A program made the translations under genes and the position numbers. Below, piece by piece: positions 56,632-64,000 of a stretch of 64,000 nt of DNA; the stretch's first letter is position 1; each line of letters starts with the position of its first letter. The stretch spans positions 133,787 to 197,786 of the forward strand of contig DATNEY010000027.1 of the NCBI GenBank assembly GCA_035606665.1, read 5' to 3'. A model generated the notes under the pieces. That model was given only the letters and a program-made list of their open reading frames with translations. It did not search any database and was not told the origin of the DNA. Source of the DNA: Vicinamibacterales bacterium. Its GTDB lineage: Bacteria; Acidobacteriota; Vicinamibacteria; Vicinamibacterales; SCN-69-37.

Positions 56632-57234
56632 TTACGAACGACCCCATGCCAGAACGACGGCGGCTATCGACGCCGCCGTGCGCAACACCCACATCATGCG
56701 GCTGCCGGCAATGGAGTGCAAGATCTTCCGCCGGAAGACGGCCCTCCCCGCGTTGTCGAGGCCAGGCGTCGGCGCAAAAATCTCTCTGGATAACAAGAGG
56801 ACCGGTACGGTCCTCGCGATTCCGAAGGCGGTCATCGTGACCACGGCCAATGTGCTATCGCCGATGATCAGCAGCAACGCGATCATCAGGTAGTAGCTCG
56901 CAAACGGCACGACAGTGAGCCAGCCGATGCCGAGGATCGTTCCGAAGATCATCGGATACGCCGGCCACGACCACCGAGTCCATTGACGAGGAACCAGCCA
57001 GTGACCTGTGGGCACTCTTGCGCCGACCAGATCCAGCAGGAATGCGCCGACGCAGACTGCCACAAGCACAGGCTGCCGCACGCCGCTGGGAAGAGCTCGG
57101 CACAAGACGCCCACCTGCCCCACCAACAGGCCATTGATCGCGCCACCGAAGACCATGGACACGGCCATCAGTGGCACGAGTAGCGCGGATTGCCATCGCC
57201 GAAATAAGCCCACGTCGACCGACGTGGCGATCAC
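56632..57234 (-). CDS. Hypothetical integral membrane protein (about 6 TM)
   Basis: Hydrophobic 200-aa ORF with no recognised family. Confidence 0.5.
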   Translation of the reverse strand: MIATSVDVGLFRRWQSALLVPLMAVSMVFGGAINGLLVGQVGVLCRALPSGVRQPVLVAVCVGAFLLDLVGARVPTGHWLVPRQWTRWSWPAYPMIFGTILGIGWLTVVPFASYYLMIALLLIIGDSTLAVVTMTAFGIARTVPVLLLSREIFAPTPGLDNAGRAVFRRKILHSIAGSRMMWVLRTAASIAAVVLAWGRS

Positions 57235-57354
57235 ATTGATCGAATTCAGCCCTCAAGGGGACTTCGCGCTCGACACACCGGTAATGGCCGCGAGGCCAAT
57301 AAGCACGGTCAGCGACGCGTAGTCATCCATGGCCTGACAACCCCACTTCTTTGG

Positions 57355-57717
57355 CTAGTCGCACGAACCCCCTTCGTGAACCGAGCAACACCATGGCAGG
57401 CCAAACATCTCGCCGCCCCCAACCTCCATCTCGCCATCGCATCTGTAGTCGCAACACAGGCCGTCGGGGCTTCCTTCCCAGCACTGCACACCATCGCACG
57501 AGTTGCATGGGATGCTTGAGCCGGGACACACGTCGCCGCACAGGGAAGTGCAGCCGCTGGCCTGCACCGTGCTCGAGAACCCGGCAAACGCCACCGTGCC
57601 CGCAAGGATTCCCAAGGCCCGGCGAGAGAAGCGATCGATGCCAGGCACGCGCTCTTCCGCGACTGCTAGTTGCGCGAGTTTACGGTCGAGAAAGTCAAGA
57701 ATCACGATTACCTCCAT
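57355..57717 (-). CDS. Tat-signal cysteine-rich mini-protein (12 Cys and 2 Trp in a 67-aa predicted mature part)
   Basis: FSRRALGILAGTVAFAGFSSTVQA-SG, then CTSLCGDVCPGSSIPCNSCDGVQCWEGSPDGLCCDYRCDGEMEVGGGEMFGLPWCCSVHEGGSCD. GGAGG lies 5 nt before an in-frame GTG at codon 5. Confidence 0.6.
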   Translation of the reverse strand: MEVIVILDFLDRKLAQLAVAEERVPGIDRFSRRALGILAGTVAFAGFSSTVQASGCTSLCGDVCPGSSIPCNSCDGVQCWEGSPDGLCCDYRCDGEMEVGGGEMFGLPWCCSVHEGGSCD

Positions 57718-57752
57718 TAGAGAGAAGCGAGTCTATCCATTCGCTCGATGCG

Positions 57753-58304
57753 TCACTTGACGCCGAGCGCGCTGATGAGTGAATCAAAACCTTCCCGCTT
57801 GTGAGTGACCATGCCGTCTCGCACGCGTCCGGAAGCATCGATGCCCATCGCGTACGGGTATGTGACAAGGCCCAGGTCGCGCCGAGTCGCATTCGCCGGG
57901 TCATAAACCACTGTGATGCCACTGGGCACGTCTCCAATGTGGTCAAACAGTTCATCTCGAGTGCCGGGGTACACAAAGAGATACCTGAGTGACGAGCCAG
58001 TCTCGGCTGCCACCTGGCCAAGGACGAGCAGGGCCTTTCGGCACAGCGCGCATTGCTTGGCGCCAACGAGGATGACTTGCGCCGCATTGGGCTCGGGTAG
58101 CTGCTTTGTCGCGCCACTGGCGGTCACCACCTCGACACCAGACCACAACGAACCAGCAGCCAACCCCTGCCGCTTACGACCGTCCGCCGACACCAGCCGC
58201 CGCCGCGCCAAGTCCCTGAGCAGAAGGACCGTCGTGAAACTCAACAGCAGTGTGAGCGCCCACAGGAGCGCGTAGGACAGGGTGAAAGCCGTGCTACCGG
58301 TCAT
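57753..58304 (-). CDS. Membrane-anchored thioredoxin-fold protein (MauD/TlpA-like)
   Basis: N-terminal TM helix, CALC (CxxC) in VGAKQCALCRKAL. Overlaps the mauE-like gene by 11 nt. Confidence 0.7.
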   Translation of the reverse strand: MTGSTAFTLSYALLWALTLLLSFTTVLLLRDLARRRLVSADGRKRQGLAAGSLWSGVEVVTASGATKQLPEPNAAQVILVGAKQCALCRKALLVLGQVAAETGSSLRYLFVYPGTRDELFDHIGDVPSGITVVYDPANATRRDLGLVTYPYAMGIDASGRVRDGMVTHKREGFDSLISALGVK

Positions 58305-58878
58305 GATTCGCCTTTGGCGCCACTTGCAGAGACACTACGCCAGCGATAAGTACCCAGAACAACCAAGCGGTGACCGCGAGCAGCGCTCCGACGGCAAGTT
58401 CATCGACAGCCAAGGCCCACACCGGACGACTCGCGCATGATGCCGGTCCCATCACTGCCTGGCTCGCGATCGCGCCCGCGCCGGCCGCGATCGTCACGTT
58501 GCGAACGATGGCGCTGGTTCCCGAGCGCCCCTCCGCCCCATCGCCGCCAAAACATCCGCAGTCGATTTTGCTGCCGCGCACTCGAAGCACGAACAGGACA
58601 ACGGCGAATCCGATCATCATCGCGGCTACAAGTGCTGAGATGAGACCAACTTGAACGCCAGCCAATATGGCGATGCCTGCGAACAACTCCCCGACTACGA
58701 GCAGCCCTGCGATTTGCGCAGATCGGCCGGTTGCCTTCGCGCCGAGCACTTCCGAAATGAAGGCGATCACGCCACTTGGTGCTCTCGCCTTTCCCACGGC
58801 TGCTCGAAGCAAGATGCCGGCGACCAGCAAGCGCAGACCGATCACCGACACATCGACAGCGCCACACTCCGCTGCCAC
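58294..58878 (-). CDS. MauE/DoxX-family membrane protein
   Basis: Four TM segments and the family-typical DCGCFGG motif. Confidence 0.75.
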   Translation of the reverse strand: MAAECGAVDVSVIGLRLLVAGILLRAAVGKARAPSGVIAFISEVLGAKATGRSAQIAGLLVVGELFAGIAILAGVQVGLISALVAAMMIGFAVVLFVLRVRGSKIDCGCFGGDGAEGRSGTSAIVRNVTIAAGAGAIASQAVMGPASCASRPVWALAVDELAVGALLAVTAWLFWVLIAGVVSLQVAPKANHDR

Positions 58879-58886
58879 GCGGTGGC

Positions 58887-59537
58887 CTACGAGATCTGCG
58901 CTGCCACACGCTCCAGGTCAGTGCGGGTCAGTCGATTCTTATGGAACGAACTGACGACTACACCGAATCCGTTTCGATGGAACGCCAGGCAGTGCGCGGC
59001 AGCGAATGCCGCCCGGTTCTCATGACTCTCGTAATAGTGCGCCTCCACGCGCTCACCGTCGCCCACCGTGATGACCAGTGGAACGGTTTGCTGGGCCTTG
59101 CCACGCACCTGGGGCATCGTTGCCAATGGCGCGACGAAAACGCTGAGCCCCGAATTGATAAACTCGCCGTGACTACGCGCAGAGGCGCGGACGGCGGAAA
59201 AACAAAGCTGCTTACTGTCCTCGACGTTGAGGAACGCCCCACGTTGCCCAACGGCCTCCGAACAGGCCGTCGTCGACTGAAGCTTGAAATCCGCCGGCAG
59301 CCACCTTGGCTGCGGATATGTGGCCAGGAGTTTCTGCCCGCGGCTTTTAGCGTCGGCCACGGTGAGTTGCTGGTCGTGCCGGTCTAACGCATTAGCCGGT
59401 TCCGGTCGGCGACCATTTCTCTTGTCGCGCCGGCCCCACAACATGCTGCCCGCCACGAACGGCAGCGCAAGAAGGGAGACGACGAGGCCCCGACGACTGG
59501 GCTGCAGGGGTTTGGAGTCAGAAGTCTGTTCGGCCAT
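58887..59537 (-). CDS. Membrane-anchored hypothetical protein
   Basis: Start placed at MAEQTSDSKPLQPSRRGLVVSLLALPFVAGS. The periplasmic domain is unrecognised. The track ORF extends to 59600. Confidence 0.45.
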   Translation of the reverse strand: MAEQTSDSKPLQPSRRGLVVSLLALPFVAGSMLWGRRDKRNGRRPEPANALDRHDQQLTVADAKSRGQKLLATYPQPRWLPADFKLQSTTACSEAVGQRGAFLNVEDSKQLCFSAVRASARSHGEFINSGLSVFVAPLATMPQVRGKAQQTVPLVITVGDGERVEAHYYESHENRAAFAAAHCLAFHRNGFGVVVSSFHKNRLTRTDLERVAAQIS

Positions 59538-59599
59538 GCGTGCCTCCGCTGGATAAAACGTTACACCGAGCCCGAATCGAGTGGACGCGTGGTAGCACA

Positions 59600-60043
59600 C
59601 TATGTTCGTGGGATCGTGGTCGCAAGCGGTATTGCTTGCCGTGTAGTCCTTTTTGTTGCCGGCGCGTCCAATTCAGCAGCCGTGCGGAAGTCAGCAGCCA
59701 CCGCTGCTATCGTTTGCGAGCCACTGCACGCTGCGCGGTACTCCGTCGGCGTGAGCCTGACGTAGTCCCGAAACAAAGCGGTCAGACGAGGCGGCGTGAG
59801 ACCGACGGCAGACGCCACCTCCTTCTGTAGGAGCGAAGGATCTCGCAGCAGCTCCTGAGCTCTCCTCAAGCGGCGCTCGCGACGCCAGGAGGCAAATGTG
59901 CAGCCGGCTTGTCGGACAATAATTGATTCAAGCGTGTGACGATGAGTGCCCAGCTGGCTGGACAACTCGGTCAGCGACAGCCGTAAATTGCCATCCAGCA
60001 ACTCGTCGGCACGCCGAAACAGACCGACGGCGTCGTATCCCAC
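59600..60043 (-). CDS. AraC-family HTH transcription regulator (DNA-binding domain only)
   Basis: LSLTELSSQLGTHRHTLESI...LLQKEVASAVGLTPPRLTALFRDYVRLTPTEYR gives the two HTH units. Confidence 0.8.
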   Translation of the reverse strand: MGYDAVGLFRRADELLDGNLRLSLTELSSQLGTHRHTLESIIVRQAGCTFASWRRERRLRRAQELLRDPSLLQKEVASAVGLTPPRLTALFRDYVRLTPTEYRAACSGSQTIAAVAADFRTAAELDAPATKRTTRQAIPLATTIPRT

Positions 60044-60325
60044 GTAGAGCCTCCAACGAACAAATGTGTGACTCAGGCAGATACTGGCCTAGTTCTCTCG
60101 CCAACGCAATAGTGTCCCGTCGACTTCAGTCAGGAGACGAGCTGGCGGAAGACCGATCTGGGGACGTTCGAGACTACCGTATTAATAAAGGTGGCAGTGA
60201 ACGTGACAGGGACGCGCTAGTCAATTGCTAACACATAGATAGTCACGGCCGGCGATCGTGTCCACGGGATGCAGGACTCGCTGATTGAACCTGAGCCGTT
60301 CGTCGTGAAGCACGAAGGCGTCTGT

Positions 60326-62377
60326 TCACTTCGGGAATAGCTGAAGGGTGTCGGTCAGCCGCAGAAGCGTCCCCGCCCTCACGTCTTTCAGAATCCGGGT
60401 CTCGTCATACTCCTCGAGCGCCAAACTGAGATCGGTCTGGGCGATTGGGAACTGCGAGGCAATCCAGCCACGCTGCCTCCCGAATTCGCGCAGGGCGACC
60501 AGCCCCATGAACTCCAACACTTCCGCGAGCTTCTCAGCTACCGCTTTTCCTGACGCTGGTCCAACCGGTACGAAACCCGCGAGCTCTTGAGCTGAACGGG
60601 AGATCGCCTGCGTGAGGTGACCGCGCAGAGGGTCAAAGGCCAGCCGCAGCCGCTGGACGGTATCCAGCTCGTGACGGGAAGCGTCAAGAGCCGCAAACGT
60701 GAGGCCGAAAGGGACGAGCGCGAAGAGGGTCAGTGCCTCTTGGATCTGTCCTGCCCTCGGCGCGGCGAAATCGAGATCGTAAAGCGGGTCATCCTCAAGC
60801 CAGTACACTGACACCGGACAAGCATTTCGGAAGACCAAGTACTGACGCGTGAAGCGCAGCGCTGTGATGCATTGCTCGAGAGAGAAACCGGCGTCGCGAA
60901 GCGACACGGTCGCCTCGAAGCCGACCGCCTTCATGTGATCGGCAAGACTTGACCACACGCCCGCCTCGTCTCCGTGCTGTAGCTTCAGGTGCATCAGCCG
61001 TTTGCGCGTCGAGTAGTCGGTGGGTTCGACCTCAAGCCGTGTCTGCCAGAAAGCTTCCGCTCTCGCCGCCCTTTCAGGATCGCCTGTGGACATGGCCCGC
61101 AGAAGGTCCGACTTCAGACGCCACATGGCGCGATGGCCAGGCTGATGCGCAAGTCCCTCGTCGAGCGCCGTCAGCGCGCCCACGTCATTTCCGGAACCAC
61201 GACGCGCCACCGCCAGCCAGTACCAGACGTGCGGCCAGTGGACGGCCTGTTGGGGGTGGAACTTGAGGGCCTGTTCGAGCAGACCAGCTGCGTCCGGCGC
61301 CCGATCGAAATCGACGATGAGACTTACGGCCTTCGACACGAGGGCTTCCCATTTCAGGGGCTCGAGTTCGAGCGCACGGTCAAAGCAGTCAATCTCGAGA
61401 CTGTGCTTTCCAACACGGTGGTACGCGCTTCCGAGATTCTTGAGCGTCTCGATTTGGTTTGGCTTTTCCTTGAGGACCGCCTCATACGAAGCGATGGCTC
61501 CGTGCTGATCGCCAAGCGCGGTTTGCGCATTGCCCAGATTGAAGAGCTGACACCACAGGGGCTCTACTCGCTCCTCCACGAGTTGCTCAAACAGCTTCTT
61601 GCCCTCAACGAGCGATACCCGGTCGCGCGTCGCAATACCCTTCTCGACGAGGATGCTGGCCCTGATTGCCCGCCCCTGATTGGAGTTCTTCAGCGCAAGA
61701 GCCCGATTGATGCTGGCCAGCGCCTCGTCGTACCGGTGGATTTGGTACTCGCACCACGCCAAGACGGCGTAGGCCCTGCTATCCGGTTCAGGATACTCGT
61801 CGAATGCATCTTTGACGATGATTGCGACGTGCTCATACTTGCCGGCCTCGAAGAGCCGCCACGCTTCCGCGAAACGCTCGCCATCGGGCGGGTCCAGATG
61901 GCCCACCTTCATCGCTGGCGCCAACCCCACGGGAACGTCAACGTCGAGGTACTTCTTCGCGAGGTCCGGCTGCGCCTCTTCGAGCTGGAGCCGCAGCCAC
62001 TCCCGCGAAAAGACGATCAGCCTCCATCCGTAGGTCGTCCAGATTTCTTCGGCAAGCTCGTCGCGATCGACACCGCGGACCTTCGAGGACGTCACGAAAA
62101 CAAGTGTTTGAAACGAGAAGCCACCCTCCGAGAGCTTCGTCGCATCGCGGCGAAGTTTCGCCCTCCAGTTCCCTTCCAGGCTGAACTGGAAAAAGGCCGC
62201 CTCACCATCCCGCCCGCGCCCGCGGCGCGGGTGCTCCTCGGCATCGCGTCCGCCATCCTGCGGTTCAACCGGCACGATCTCCTTGAAGCCGTTCCGGTAC
62301 AGAAGGTCCGTGCACAGGCGCTCGAACGCCCTCGAGTCAATCTCGTTGTCGATGGCCCAGAGAATCTGGCTCTTCAT
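60326..62377 (-). CDS. Restriction-endonuclease-like (Mrr_cat-type) N-terminal domain fused to TPR repeats and an unknown C-terminal domain
   Basis: FERLCTDLLYRNGFKEIVPVEPQDGGRDAEE...AAFFQFSLEG follows the Mrr-type FE..v..ll...G......DGG.D...vQ.K layout, but Ser replaces the usual Lys. At least 6 TPR-like units follow. Confidence 0.65.
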   Translation of the reverse strand: MKSQILWAIDNEIDSRAFERLCTDLLYRNGFKEIVPVEPQDGGRDAEEHPRRGRGRDGEAAFFQFSLEGNWRAKLRRDATKLSEGGFSFQTLVFVTSSKVRGVDRDELAEEIWTTYGWRLIVFSREWLRLQLEEAQPDLAKKYLDVDVPVGLAPAMKVGHLDPPDGERFAEAWRLFEAGKYEHVAIIVKDAFDEYPEPDSRAYAVLAWCEYQIHRYDEALASINRALALKNSNQGRAIRASILVEKGIATRDRVSLVEGKKLFEQLVEERVEPLWCQLFNLGNAQTALGDQHGAIASYEAVLKEKPNQIETLKNLGSAYHRVGKHSLEIDCFDRALELEPLKWEALVSKAVSLIVDFDRAPDAAGLLEQALKFHPQQAVHWPHVWYWLAVARRGSGNDVGALTALDEGLAHQPGHRAMWRLKSDLLRAMSTGDPERAARAEAFWQTRLEVEPTDYSTRKRLMHLKLQHGDEAGVWSSLADHMKAVGFEATVSLRDAGFSLEQCITALRFTRQYLVFRNACPVSVYWLEDDPLYDLDFAAPRAGQIQEALTLFALVPFGLTFAALDASRHELDTVQRLRLAFDPLRGHLTQAISRSAQELAGFVPVGPASGKAVAEKLAEVLEFMGLVALREFGRQRGWIASQFPIAQTDLSLALEEYDETRILKDVRAGTLLRLTDTLQLFPK

Positions 62378-62706
62378 CGCGTTTCAGAACCCCTCAGCAG
62401 CCGATGAAACGTCACGGCGGCTCGTTCCAATAATGGATCACACGCGCGGCGCAAAGACCTAGAGACTCGGCACCAGGCAGCACGTCTGCCATCGACTTGG
62501 AGCAGCCTATGAACTCTGCCGTACCGGCCGGCGGACACGGCAAGGCTAGGAGGACCTCCTGCGCACCGCTTTGGTCATATTGTCTCTGGCGACGGTGACT
62601 GGAGTGACCGACGCGAGATTAAGGTTGTCAAACTGCGCCACTACTCTCTTAGAATTGCCACTTCGTCATCAGCCACGTCCGTCGTTACATCTGCAGGAGC
62701 GCCGTC

Positions 62707-64000
62707 ATGCCGTTGCCCCAGGCCAAAGAGAAGGCAGTAGAACTTCTGAAGCGGAAGCGACAGTCCACGCCGGGCGCTCTCGAGCCCATGGGGCCGGCTC
62801 CTCAAGCGCGGCGATTCTCTGTCTTCATCGGATCCGATCTCGAGAAGGCCATCGCACTGGCAGAGCGCTGGATGGGCATGACGGCGGCCCAGGGCACTGA
62901 CGCCTTGGACGCGGTACTCGCGGACGCGGACGCCGCGATGAACACTACGGACTCTGATCTCGTGAAACATGCCCTGATGATGTTCATCACACACGATCCA
63001 GTCGGCCGCCAATTGCCTATTCCGCCGTTGCTCGAGCGCGAACCCGACCTGGTGCGGCCGTCGTCTCGAAGCGCGACAGCAACGCCGGCCGGCCTCGAGG
63101 CCATGGGAGGTACCGGCAAGGAGGCGGCAGTCGATTATTTCCGCGAAGACACTTGGATCAACGAGCATCACGGCAAATGGCACGTGGTCTACCCAGCCGG
63201 TGGCATTCAGAAGAAACTTCGAAATCGACAAGGTGAGTTGTTCTGGTACATGCACCAGCAAATGCTGGCGCGTTACGACGCTGAGCGGCGTTCCCTCGGA
63301 CTGGCCCCCGTTGTGTCGCTCGACACCTTCAATCAACCAATCGGCGAGGGCTACGATCCTGAGATTCCAGGCGGATGGGCCGCGCGCCCTGACGACTCGC
63401 AATGGCCATTGCTCCCGTTGGGACCTGGTCAGAATTATGGCCCCACGCAACACGCCTCGCGCCGGGATCGATTGCGCGCCGCCGCCACGTCTGGAGAGCT
63501 GCAGCATCCCGACGGGAAGAAACATCCAATCGCCGGAGTCGAACAACTCTCCGATACCCTGGAAGCGAACATCGGATCGGTTGAAGGATCGCAATGGAAT
63601 CCGACGTCTTTTTACGGTTCGTACCACAATATCGGTCATGTCCTCATTGCGAATGCCGGGGATCCAGGTGACGGAGTCATGACGAGTACGACGACGGCTG
63701 TTCGTGATCCGGTGTTTTACCGCTGGCATCGCGGCATCGACGACATCATCGATGCTTGGTGGATCAAGAGACCGTCTCACGATCTCGCCGCCTCGGATCC
63801 GAAGGTCCTGGCTAAAGAGATCGGGGCGATCGCTCTCACGGCGGTTCCAGCAGGCGATCCGCAAGCCTGGGCAGGGTCGGAGTTCGGAGGGGCCAACTGG
63901 GAGAAGGCTCCGGCCGGAGTCAGCCTTGACAGGTTGACCACGACGATGGGAACACACGACATCCCCAATCCTGGTGGCGCGCCCATCAAGAAGCCGCACC
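62707..64000 (+). CDS. Type-3 copper protein of the arthropod hemocyanin/phenoloxidase type (partial; runs off the right edge)
   Basis: Not in the ORF track because there is no stop in the window. My translation from ATG 62707 gives CuA region DYFREDTWINEHHGKWHVVYP...RQGELFWYMHQQMLARYDAER and CuB region YHNIGHVLIA...VRDPVFYRWHRGIDDI. Track ORF 62641..63999 (-) is its antisense shadow. Confidence 0.85.
   Translation, partial: MPLPQAKEKAVELLKRKRQSTPGALEPMGPAPQARRFSVFIGSDLEKAIALAERWMGMTAAQGTDALDAVLADADAAMNTTDSDLVKHALMMFITHDPVGRQLPIPPLLEREPDLVRPSSRSATATPAGLEAMGGTGKEAAVDYFREDTWINEHHGKWHVVYPAGGIQKKLRNRQGELFWYMHQQMLARYDAERRSLGLAPVVSLDTFNQPIGEGYDPEIPGGWAARPDDSQWPLLPLGPGQNYGPTQHASRRDRLRAAATSGELQHPDGKKHPIAGVEQLSDTLEANIGSVEGSQWNPTSFYGSYHNIGHVLIANAGDPGDGVMTSTTTAVRDPVFYRWHRGIDDIIDAWWIKRPSHDLAASDPKVLAKEIGAIALTAVPAGDPQAWAGSEFGGANWEKAPAGVSLDRLTTTMGTHDIPNPGGAPIKKPH

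Noticed and set aside
57355-58878. Bona fide methylamine dehydrogenase (mau) cluster
   Set aside because: Only MauE- and MauD-like genes and a short Cys-rich ORF are present. No MauB-like beta-propeller heavy chain, MauG di-haem peroxidase or amicyanin gene is in the locus, and the Cys-rich protein is about half the size of MauA.
62548-62560. 13-bp palindrome AGGAGGACCTCCT in the gap between the REase-TPR gene and the hemocyanin-like gene as an operator
   Set aside because: It is a single short palindrome with no second copy and no adjacent regulator to link it to. It cannot be distinguished from chance here.
62641-63999. 452-aa minus-strand ORF covering the right end of the window
   Set aside because: It is the antisense shadow of the plus-strand hemocyanin-like gene, whose translation shows clear CuA/CuB motifs. 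The minus-strand product is Arg-rich, low-complexity and matches nothing recognisable.

Overview
High-GC bacterial chromosomal segment (GC judged by eye, not computed). It looks like an Acidobacteria-type genome: it has a TIGR03436-like VWFA protein, a large carboxypeptidase-regulatory-like repeat protein, and many GC-rich stem-loop elements. Roughly 1-27.1 kb and 33.6-49.9 kb are ordinary housekeeping DNA. This includes glpX, a bactofilin, cysteine desulfurase plus mnmA, trxA/trxB, glgA, a PBP5-type carboxypeptidase, arginase, tRNA-Lys, a desaturase plus B12-radical-SAM pair, an aminotransferase, FKBP, a pilin, acyltransferases, amidase, purA, hutH/hutU, rnc, a PP2C phosphatase, a Cys/Met PLP enzyme, DedA, cutA and ftsB. 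Three accessory segments stand out. (1) 27.18-33.50 kb is a visibly AT-richer island at tRNA-Glu(UUC). It is bounded by a 24-nt direct repeat and three tandem tRNA-3'-like 60-nt units, and it ends in a 5'-truncated large serine recombinase. It carries a GGDEF cyclase, a tightly coupled four-gene array of HEPN-type proteins (three RNxxxH proteins plus one Abi_C protein), and a further ORF coupled to a 44-aa membrane peptide. This is my best candidate for an undescribed defence or abortive-infection system. (2) 49.96-52.62 kb is a single TIR/SEFIR-like NB-ARC TPR (STAND) gene bracketed by imperfect 47-nt direct repeats. (3) 53.0-64.0 kb holds an operon combining MauE, a MauD/TlpA-like thioredoxin, a Tat-exported 12-Cys/2-Trp mini-protein, a membrane protein, a carboxypeptidase-regulatory-like giant protein and an HTTM-like membrane protein. 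It is followed by an AraC regulator, a restriction-endonuclease-like TPR protein, and a partial arthropod-hemocyanin-like type-3 copper protein that runs off the window. No rRNA, CRISPR array or intact transposase was seen. Many long ORFs in the six-frame track are antisense or off-frame shadows typical of high-GC DNA. All domain calls come from motif recognition by eye; no searches were run.
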